From positions 1 through 26,556 of IMG/VR virus record IMGVR_UViG_3300030330_004929: DNA of 26,556 nt; one strand, given 5' to 3'. This document shows, piece after piece, positions 8,916-16,515 of this stretch. The stretch is from a virus. Taxonomy: Duplodnaviria > Caudoviricetes. Both the position numbers and the translations under genes were made by a program. The notes beneath the pieces were generated by a model. The model was not told where the DNA came from. It saw only the letters and a list, made by a program, of their open reading frames with translations, and did not search any database. The stretch's first letter is position 1. Each line of letters starts with the position of its first letter.

Positions 8916-10619
8916 TTAAATTACATCAAAAGTTGTATTAGCTGTATCAAACGTTAATGCAGTACTATCAAAATTAACAGATATACTTGAAGTTGTTGAA
9001 ACATTACTTGTTACAGCTGTGACTTGTGTGATAATACTTTTTTGACTTACTTCACCAAATAATTTAGTTCCAGCAGGATGTACTAAATCGTCAACAAATT
9101 GTTTGTATTGTCTTACCATATTGTTAGATCTAATAACATAACTATACACTTGGTAAAAGAAATTATCTTGTAATCTGTTATTCCATGATAAGAAACCTTT
9201 TGTATCTATGTACTTACCTTCATATGATCTAAGACCAGTGATTTCTGCTGTACCAGTTGCATTAGATGTAGGTACTCTACTATTATTAAGTAACTGTAAT
9301 GTCTCATACTTGTTAAAACCTGAACCTTTGTTAGATCCAACTGTAACTGTTTTAACACCACCAGGTAAATGTTCAACAGTAAATACTGCATTTTCACCTT
9401 TGATACCACCAGCACCATCAGATATTCCTTCACTAGCAACATCTCTATTAAATGCAGAAACAGATGGTAGTGGATTATAATTATAACCAAATGAAGTTTG
9501 ATATATTGAATTAATAGTTCCAACAGTTACATTAGCTAAAGTTAAAGCATCAACTAATCTACTAAAACAATTAGCTTGTGCTAAGTTAGCATTCAATGCC
9601 GTAGTATTTCCACCTAAAGCTGCAAAGGCTGTGTTAGTTGTAGAATTAGAAACTCCACCTGTAACATTCAATGGTACATCTCTTAATGAATTTATTTTTT
9701 CTGTGTTAATCCTTAACACTTCTGTATTCTTAATTGTTTGAACATATGCACCAGCACCTATACCTCCTGATGATGTATTAGGTGTTACAGATATTGGAGT
9801 ATTTGCAAAATAACCAGACCCTCCGTTTGCTAAATTTATTCTTATAGCACTAAAGTTATCAGTTTCAGCTACTATACCTTCTGCATCAGTTAAGTTAACA
9901 TCACTTGTTAAATTTAAACTATCTCCTAATTGATATCCAGCTCCTTTATTAATCACTTCAACACTAAGTAAAGGACCTGTAACATTATAAATTGTAGCAT
10001 TTACTGAGTTCGCCGTATTTCTGACTAATTCTAAATCTTCAAATGTTCCATCAATATTACTAAGAAACATTTCTTTAACTAAAAATCCAGATTCAAACGT
10101 CTGTGTAATTCTTTCAACTTTAGCCGTAGCTCCTGAAGAAATTCCAGTTATATTTTGTCCTAATAATAATTCTGTATTACCTACAACTGGATCACCAACT
10201 CTAATACTATTTTCTTGGATCCATCTACCATCTGAAGCTCTAAGAATACTATCACCTGGATCATAAATTGTAATGTCTTCGTTATATAGTGCTCTAAATA
10301 ATAACTGATAACTTTTTTCACTTCCTCTTGATCTATAAAAATCTTTAGCTCTCTTAACTAATATTTTTTGATCTGCTGTTAATGTTTTTGGAAAAGATGG
10401 TAATAGTTCTCTTTTAATATATTCAATATATTTTTCAACTGAAGTATCAATATCTTGATAGCTTTCAAGACTTCTTGTAACTTCAATTACATTATTACCT
10501 TGTTCTAAAAACTCGTAATAACCTTCAATAAATTTTTGGAAAAGAGGAGCATCCTCTCTGATAAAATCAGGTAGTTGAGTCTTTACTAAAGGTGAGACTT
10601 TTTTTGAGATAGAAGACAT
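8916..10619 (-). CDS. gp7: Baseplate wedge initiator gp7-like
   Basis: N-terminal QLPDFIRED..LFQKFIEGYYEFLE, KDFYRSRGSEKSYQLLFRALYNE, ILRASDGRW and C-terminal LQDNFFYQVYSYVIRS...VHPAGTKLFGEV. Directly follows gp6. Confidence 0.8.
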   Translation of the reverse strand: MSSISKKVSPLVKTQLPDFIREDAPLFQKFIEGYYEFLEQGNNVIEVTRSLESYQDIDTSVEKYIEYIKRELLPSFPKTLTADQKILVKRAKDFYRSRGSEKSYQLLFRALYNEDITIYDPGDSILRASDGRWIQENSIRVGDPVVGNTELLLGQNITGISSGATAKVERITQTFESGFLVKEMFLSNIDGTFEDLELVRNTANSVNATIYNVTGPLLSVEVINKGAGYQLGDSLNLTSDVNLTDAEGIVAETDNFSAIRINLANGGSGYFANTPISVTPNTSSGGIGAGAYVQTIKNTEVLRINTEKINSLRDVPLNVTGGVSNSTTNTAFAALGGNTTALNANLAQANCFSRLVDALTLANVTVGTINSIYQTSFGYNYNPLPSVSAFNRDVASEGISDGAGGIKGENAVFTVEHLPGGVKTVTVGSNKGSGFNKYETLQLLNNSRVPTSNATGTAEITGLRSYEGKYIDTKGFLSWNNRLQDNFFYQVYSYVIRSNNMVRQYKQFVDDLVHPAGTKLFGEVSQKSIITQVTAVTSNVSTTSSISVNFDSTALTFDTANTTFDVI

Positions 10620-12499
10620 TAGTAATATGTTCCTGATACACCTGAAGTTGTTCCTGTTGAAGTTGTTCCAGTAAAGGCAGTAGTAATAGTTGTTGTAGAT
10701 CCTGATGTAGTTGCAGTTGTAACTCTACTTTCTACTGCTCCAGTTTCGTTATTAATTACAGTAACACTGGTACCAGATAATAAAATAATATTATTTCTAA
10801 CTGTATTAATATCATTAATATCAGGCTTTGCAGTTAATTCTATGCTTGATGTGCTTGTTATGTTAACATTGTTTAATGTAATTAATCCTGTTGCATAATT
10901 TACTGTTCCAGCATCATTACTTACATATTGTCTAATATTATTGTCTCCAAGATAGTAAAGCCTTAATACACCAAATCCATTATCATCTATAAATGTTGTT
11001 TGATTATTAAATGTAAATCCTGTACTGTTTACTGCATTTAAATGACCAGCATGTGGATGATGTATTGCATTATTAAAAGCAAAGTTATATGTTGTTGCTG
11101 TTCCGGTATTAGGAGTAAATCTTTTCATCATAGTATATGTTGATCTAGAACTAACTATACTTACATCTGCTTCAGATACAGCTTTAACAAATACACTTTC
11201 TCTAAACCCTTTATCAAATAAACTTAGTTCTTTAGTTTCAAAATTAGTGATTGCATTTTGTACTTTAGTGTTTATAGCTCCAGCATCTAGATTAGTTGCT
11301 GCTACATTATAATTAACAGATACATTTGGTATAACATATAAAAATGAAGCATCAACAAATTCTGGTTCAACTGAAACCATATTTCTAGTTCTTAAAATAT
11401 CTTTAAGTTCACTTTTTCTTTGATCAGATAATAAATTACCTTCATTTGGTTTTGCTGCAATATAAACTTTACCATATATTGGAGGATTATTTTCTTCACC
11501 ACCCCAAACATTTACAGCTTGTAAATCTGGTGCTTCAGCTAATAATAATCTTGAATAGTCATTTCTAACTACAGCTCTACCTTGTCTTTGGAAATTCTTT
11601 GGAGCATTAAATTTAATATTATCAATACTTTCAGCATTAGATCCTTGTCTAGCTGCTGTAGCAACAGTTACAGTAAAATTGGATTGTCCTCCTAAAGTAG
11701 GTGGAGATACAAAATTGTTAGCTCCATTTGTTATTGATCCGTTTACTACTCTATAATTTACTATAACTATATTTCCGTTATCTAATTGTTTTCCAAGTAC
11801 ATCATCTCCAAAAAGTAATTCATATTTTCCATCTTCATTTTCTTGTATAAAGTAAACAGTACTTGTTGCTGAAACATCTGTTAAATCACTTGCTTGTGAA
11901 AAAGTTCTTAGTGATGAATTTGAACTACTTGTTTGTATACTTACTTTCAAACTTCTAGTATCAATATTATCATTTCCTAAAATATATCTTTGATTTGTTG
12001 TAGTATCAACCGTAATTCTTTCTTGTACTGGTTCACCTTCTTTAATTAAAATAGTATTTGCTTGATATCCTTCTGATTGAAGAAGTGTGTATGCTCTATC
12101 AGTTGTAAATTTGTATTCGATACCATCCAAAGACGAAGTAAATAAAGTATTAGATGCAATAGTAACACTTGCAACATTAGTAGATGGAGTTATAGTTATA
12201 TCTAATGTAGCTTCAGCTCCTTTTGCAGATGTTGGAGTATATCCTAACATTTTAGCTCTTGCTACAACGTTGTTTCTTAATTGTGCACTGTCTAAAAACA
12301 TTTCATTAGTTGTCATATTAGTATAGACAGCATTGTAATATGTATTGTAAGCAAGAAGGTCTACTAAATGATTTAAACCACTACCTTCAAAATCATAATC
12401 TGTAAACTCAGGCTTAGCTTTCATAAAAGTAATTAAGTTACTTTTAATTGTGTTAAAATTTAATTCTGTAGCTCTTAAAACACTATTTGCAACAGCCAT
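10619..12499 (-). CDS. gp6: Baseplate wedge subunit gp6
   Basis: FTDYDFEGSGLNHLVDLLAYNTYYNA, EMFLDSAQLRNNVV..AKMLGYTP, ESIDNIKFNAP..FQRQGRAV, WGGEENNPPIYGKVYIA and GTVNYATG are characteristic gp6 motifs. Confidence 0.95.
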   Translation of the reverse strand: MAVANSVLRATELNFNTIKSNLITFMKAKPEFTDYDFEGSGLNHLVDLLAYNTYYNAVYTNMTTNEMFLDSAQLRNNVVARAKMLGYTPTSAKGAEATLDITITPSTNVASVTIASNTLFTSSLDGIEYKFTTDRAYTLLQSEGYQANTILIKEGEPVQERITVDTTTNQRYILGNDNIDTRSLKVSIQTSSSNSSLRTFSQASDLTDVSATSTVYFIQENEDGKYELLFGDDVLGKQLDNGNIVIVNYRVVNGSITNGANNFVSPPTLGGQSNFTVTVATAARQGSNAESIDNIKFNAPKNFQRQGRAVVRNDYSRLLLAEAPDLQAVNVWGGEENNPPIYGKVYIAAKPNEGNLLSDQRKSELKDILRTRNMVSVEPEFVDASFLYVIPNVSVNYNVAATNLDAGAINTKVQNAITNFETKELSLFDKGFRESVFVKAVSEADVSIVSSRSTYTMMKRFTPNTGTATTYNFAFNNAIHHPHAGHLNAVNSTGFTFNNQTTFIDDNGFGVLRLYYLGDNNIRQYVSNDAGTVNYATGLITLNNVNITSTSSIELTAKPDINDINTVRNNIILLSGTSVTVINNETGAVESRVTTATTSGSTTTITTAFTGTTSTGTTSGVSGTYY

Positions 12500-12894
12500 T
12501 ATCTTACTCTTTCTACAAATAAATCAAGCTGATCAACGTCAACTTGATTTCTTGCTCTAAATTTAATTGTTATTTCAATACCATGTTGATCTGGTACTTC
12601 TCTCACTAACACATCTATTAATTGAACCCTAGGCTCATGATTAGCTACTGCAAACTCTATATCATTTGCTATATCATCAGCAATATTTGTATCAAACTGT
12701 TCAAACAATCTTGATTTGATATCACTACCAAAATTTGGACTGTATGCTCTTTCAAATTTGTTAGTAAGTATAATATTTTTTAAGGACCTTTTAACTGCAT
12801 CATTGTTAGTAAGAGTATTTAATTTTCTAGTCACTGGGTGTCTATCGAAAATTATATCAAAGTCTTTATATACTAAACTCTTTGGTACTGGCAT
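12499..12894 (-). CDS. gp25: Baseplate wedge subunit gp25
   Basis: YKDFD...HPVT...AVKRSLKNIILT..FER...PNFGS...LFE...HEPRV (gp25/GPW family). Immediately upstream of gp6. Confidence 0.93.
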   Translation of the reverse strand: MPVPKSLVYKDFDIIFDRHPVTRKLNTLTNNDAVKRSLKNIILTNKFERAYSPNFGSDIKSRLFEQFDTNIADDIANDIEFAVANHEPRVQLIDVLVREVPDQHGIEITIKFRARNQVDVDQLDLFVERVR

Positions 12895-12908
12895 TTTGTC
12901 CTCTTATC

Positions 12909-12916
12909 TATTTATT
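12909..12916 (-). promoter_or_regulatory. Late promoter AATAAATA upstream of gp25
   Basis: NATAAATA overlapping the stop of the Hc1-like ORF, followed by a GAGGA RBS and the gp25 ATG. Confidence 0.6.
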
Positions 12917-13085
12917 AGCTATTTTTTAATTCTTGTAGCTCTTTACGTCTTTCCTTACACAATTTAGATATTTCACTTAATGCTTTTCTAGCCCTTGTGC
13001 CAGCACTTTTATTACCAGCAACAGCTTTTTCATTTTCATTAGCATAAGTGTTGAAAAGACTTGTCAAAGTTTCATGTATATCCAT
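12915..13085 (-). CDS. Histone H1-like Hc1-family small basic protein (56 aa; not in the supplied ORF track)
   Basis: Translated by hand: MDIHETLTSLFNTYANENEKAVAGNKSAGTRARKALSEISKLCKERRKELQELKNS*. AAGGA RBS. Fills the gap exactly. GNKSAGTRARK matches the Hc1 core motif GNKAAGTRARK. Confidence 0.8.
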   Translation of the reverse strand: MDIHETLTSLFNTYANENEKAVAGNKSAGTRARKALSEISKLCKERRKELQELKNS

Positions 13086-13094
13086 TTTCAATCC

Positions 13095-13235
13095 TTATTT
13101 TAATTTAATATCACATTTACCTATACATTCAATATGATCATGATTAGGTAAGTCTTTGTATTCGTCATTAGACATTAATGATGAGCAACTTGATAATACA
13201 AGTGCTAATAATCCTAATATAAATCCTTTTATCAT
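13095..13235 (-). CDS. Small predicted lipoprotein (46 aa)
   Basis: Start moved to ATG 13235 (AAGGA RBS, late promoter upstream). MIKGFILGLLALVLSSC is a signal peptide II with lipobox LSSC. Confidence 0.7.
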   Translation of the reverse strand: MIKGFILGLLALVLSSCSSLMSNDEYKDLPNHDHIECIGKCDIKLK

Positions 13236-13252
13236 TTTTTTTTCCTTTCTGT

Positions 13253-13260
13253 TATTTATG
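13253..13260 (-). promoter_or_regulatory. Late promoter CATAAATA
   Basis: NATAAATA between the PAAR stop and the lipoprotein RBS. Confidence 0.65.
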
Positions 13261-13263
13261 TTA

Positions 13264-13554
13264 TTATCCCGCAAAAACGTTTTCACTACCTTGAGCAATA
13301 GATGTACATTTTATCAACCCATCTCCAACTCTTCCAGCTCCTAATCCATTAATAAAAACTGAACTTGAACCTGATTTAACAGGACCTACATGTGCTGGAC
13401 ACAAATCTCCTTTAGGAAATAAATGGACGGTGTTTATATCGCCTTGTCTTACTGCTGGTCTTGTATTTACAAAAACATCTGAAGAGCCTGTTGCTCTCAC
13501 CATACCACTACAGTGTGGTACATCTAAATCTCCTATTCTTGATATTGCTGGCAT
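13264..13554 (-). CDS. gp5.4: PAAR-domain spike tip protein (T4 gp5.4-like), 96 aa
   Basis: Start moved to MPAISRIGD (AGGAG RBS). Repeats GSSDVFVNTRPAVRQGD, GSSSVFINGLGAGRVGD and GSENVFAG, with His/Cys metal ligands. Confidence 0.92.
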   Translation of the reverse strand: MPAISRIGDLDVPHCSGMVRATGSSDVFVNTRPAVRQGDINTVHLFPKGDLCPAHVGPVKSGSSSVFINGLGAGRVGDGLIKCTSIAQGSENVFAG

Positions 13555-13564
13555 TTTTTTTCTC

Positions 13565-14119
13565 CTATGCTGTGTTACTAAAAAATGGTCTATTTTCATA
13601 ATATTGTTGAACGAATACTCTCATTCTATCAAAATCATTAATTACATCTTGCTCTACAACAAATATAAAACTATTAGCGTATGAATTACTTGTATTACCA
13701 TCTGGTTTTGAATTTGTATAATTTACTGTTACTCTATATTGTTTAGTTATTTTTTCTCTCAAATCTTGATCCAAATCAAAAAAGTCTTGGTCACGTGGTA
13801 AAAATGTAGTACCTACAACTGATTTAGCACTTTCATAATTGGTACTTCTTCCTATAGTTACAAATTGAAATGTATCTATAAAAGGTGTAACATATACACC
13901 ATTTGCTTGACATTGTGTATTTGATAAAACTGTATTAGAAACACTTAAAAAACCACTGTTTGCTAAAAATATAGATCTAGTATTAGCAGATATAACTTCA
14001 ATAGTTGTATTAGAAATAGTAATAGATGAATTAGATCCAGAAGCAGTTATTATTTGTGAAAAAGTAACATCTGGACGAGCATCAGGCAATTTATCTGGTG
14101 AAATACTGATATCAGGCAT
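13565..14119 (-). CDS. Hypothetical beta-rich (possibly Ig-like) structural protein
   Basis: 184-aa ORF coupled to the upstream gene by TAATG overlap. S/T/N-rich. N-terminus ISISPDKLPDA...FSQIITASG resembles an Ig-like first strand. Lies between gp5 and PAAR. Confidence 0.6.
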   Translation of the reverse strand: MPDISISPDKLPDARPDVTFSQIITASGSNSSITISNTTIEVISANTRSIFLANSGFLSVSNTVLSNTQCQANGVYVTPFIDTFQFVTIGRSTNYESAKSVVGTTFLPRDQDFFDLDQDLREKITKQYRVTVNYTNSKPDGNTSNSYANSFIFVVEQDVINDFDRMRVFVQQYYENRPFFSNTA

Positions 14120-14331
14120 TATTTTTTCTCTCTTTTTAGTAGTTCTTGAAAAACTAAATTAAACGAATCATAATATTTGTGTTGTTCTTCAGTATGTGGT
14201 CCTTCCTGCCAATCTGGTTGGAATAAAATCATATTATCAAATTCTGGTGGTATATCTTTCCAATTATTATAAACTTGTATTTTACTACCAATTAAAATTT
14301 TGTATGTACCTTTACCTTCAACGAAAGACAT
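14119..14331 (-). CDS. Small hypothetical phage protein
   Basis: 70-aa ORF abutting gp5. Motif DIP.EFD..I.F.P....GPHTEEQH resembles a small ORF I recall beside gp5 in marine T4-like phages. Confidence 0.7.
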   Translation of the reverse strand: MSFVEGKGTYKILIGSKIQVYNNWKDIPPEFDNMILFQPDWQEGPHTEEQHKYYDSFNLVFQELLKREKK

Positions 14332-16515
14332 TTAAGCTCCATTTTTATCTGCTGCTCTAGCTATCTCTAAGAAGTTTGCAATTCCTTCTCTAATGTTACT
14401 AGGAGTTATAGGAGTGCCATCACTAGTTTCTAATCCTGTTCTAAATACTTGTACAGTTTGTCCATTACGATTAGCAAATAATCCATCTGCTGTATCTATT
14501 GGGGAAACTCTTTCTGTTGCTTCTTTTAAAATATCTAAATTCCCAGCTGAATCTGTAACACCTTTAATTAAATTAGGCGTATCTACACTTCTTATACTAT
14601 TAAATACTCTATTCTCTAAATCAAACAATGCTTGTTGTTTTAATCCATCAGTTGATAATAATTGTTTACTGGAAAAATTTTCTACAAAACTTTCTTGTTT
14701 TCCTAATGTATTTTCTACAATATTTTCTAATTCTAATGCACTTGAAATCTTATCAGTTAATTCTAAATTAGCAAAATCAGGTTGAGCAACAGATTTAATT
14801 AATGATTTTGCATTAAATAATTCTTGTACATTTACATCAAATTGTTTGTTAATTAAATTAGCTGGAACTAACTCAGAATCAGCAAATAGTTTTTGTTTTA
14901 CATCACCTAATGTATTTCCAGCAAATATATCTTCTTTAAAACCATTTAAATCATTAGCAGGATCAAACATATTACCCACTGCTTTACTTACTACATCAGC
15001 TCCAGCACTACCTAATACTTTTTGAATATTAATATTACTTGTTAATGTTTTTTGAAAATCACCAATATTATCAAATGATTTACTAAGATCTCCTAAACCA
15101 CCTGTTACTTGACTTGCAATTTGAGTACCAACATTTCCAAGAAAACTACTTGGATCCAAATTACTACTAGCAAAACTGATAATAGGTTTTATACTAGATT
15201 TAACAACATTAGTTATATCTAATCCTCTTGATACAGTTGAAAGTCCTACATCTGACAAGCTACTAAGAGAAACAGATGGAACTGATTCAAAAACAGATGA
15301 AGCAGCACTAGAAAAAGCATCACCAAAAGCACCACCAACATCAAATCCAGATGATACAGTAGACCTTAATGAATCAGTAATTCCCATAAATTTTGGACCT
15401 CCAGGTAAATAACCAGTTCCAAGTGGACCTATTTCGCTTATAGCATCAACACTAATAACTTCACCTATATTACCAATCTCCTCCATTAAACTTCCAGCTA
15501 GATCGCTAAGAATACCACCTGCAACAAAACCAGCTACACTACCTAATAAACCTCCAAATAATCCACCAGCTCCTTTGTTTAGATCAATTCTTGCACCTAA
15601 TAAATCCATATTACCACCAGCCTTCATATTAATATCACCACCAGTTGTTAGTTCTAAGTCTTGACCAATCATTTGAGTTAAATTTCCTCCAATAACTTCT
15701 TTCTTATAACCTCCAACAAATACATCCCAGTTACCTTTAATATAAGTATGACAGTTACCATCTACAGTTAAGTTGGCATCTCCTTTAATATAAACAAAAT
15801 CTTTACCAGCCACGATAGTAAAATTATTGTTAGCTACTCTTTGATGATGATTACCTAATGCATTATATTCTGCAAAACTTCCTGATGGATGATAATGATG
15901 TATTCTTTCGTTTCCTGGTGTATTATCATATTCTCTTATCACACCACCTGATCCTTCATAAACATCATTTTGAGGATATTCAGCAGAATATGCAGAAGAA
16001 GGTTCGTCCCATGAAGTTGATTTATTAGCTATCAAAACATCAGTTTTTTTAGAATCATTTTTAGTTTGTATATTTGGATGTTGATACTTTTCATCATTTC
16101 TAGCTAACCTGTTTGTATCTGGTTGTTTTGGAAGTGTTGGATATTTTCCATCTGGATCGTTAAAACCAAGTTTTGGATTTGCATCTGTCATTGGTATACC
16201 TGGAATTGTTCCCATAACCATTGGGCGTTGTCCATGTCTACCATCTAAGAAAAATCCAACTACCCAACTACCATTTTGAATACCAGTAGGTGATTGTCCA
16301 ACACCTGAATTACTTGAACTGTTTACTGGCATCATAACTTGAGCCCATGGTAAATGATCTGTAGGAACTTCATTCTTATCCTCGGTATGCCATTCTAAAC
16401 ATCTAACTTTTACTCTACCAGTTTTAAGTGGATCATTGATGTCTTCTACAACTCCCATCCACCATATAAATCCATTAAAACCAAGATATTCTTTATTAAA
16501 AGTTGTATTTGACAT
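14332..16515 (-). CDS. gp5: Baseplate hub/central spike gp5 (no lysozyme domain; long C-terminal extension)
   Basis: OB-fold N-terminus WWMGVVEDINDPLKTGRVKVRC...LPWA...GSWVVGFFLDG...QRPMVMGTIPG. YP.N.V...SG...EYDNTPGNERIH.YHPSGSF.E. Beta-helix repeats ending GARIDLN at residue 313. Confidence 0.92.
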   Translation of the reverse strand: MSNTTFNKEYLGFNGFIWWMGVVEDINDPLKTGRVKVRCLEWHTEDKNEVPTDHLPWAQVMMPVNSSSNSGVGQSPTGIQNGSWVVGFFLDGRHGQRPMVMGTIPGIPMTDANPKLGFNDPDGKYPTLPKQPDTNRLARNDEKYQHPNIQTKNDSKKTDVLIANKSTSWDEPSSAYSAEYPQNDVYEGSGGVIREYDNTPGNERIHHYHPSGSFAEYNALGNHHQRVANNNFTIVAGKDFVYIKGDANLTVDGNCHTYIKGNWDVFVGGYKKEVIGGNLTQMIGQDLELTTGGDINMKAGGNMDLLGARIDLNKGAGGLFGGLLGSVAGFVAGGILSDLAGSLMEEIGNIGEVISVDAISEIGPLGTGYLPGGPKFMGITDSLRSTVSSGFDVGGAFGDAFSSAASSVFESVPSVSLSSLSDVGLSTVSRGLDITNVVKSSIKPIISFASSNLDPSSFLGNVGTQIASQVTGGLGDLSKSFDNIGDFQKTLTSNINIQKVLGSAGADVVSKAVGNMFDPANDLNGFKEDIFAGNTLGDVKQKLFADSELVPANLINKQFDVNVQELFNAKSLIKSVAQPDFANLELTDKISSALELENIVENTLGKQESFVENFSSKQLLSTDGLKQQALFDLENRVFNSIRSVDTPNLIKGVTDSAGNLDILKEATERVSPIDTADGLFANRNGQTVQVFRTGLETSDGTPITPSNIREGIANFLEIARAADKNGA

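Noticed and set aside
14332-16515. Tail lysozyme domain in gp5
   Set aside because: The region between the OB-fold and the beta-helix is too short, and no T4-lysozyme catalytic motif is visible.
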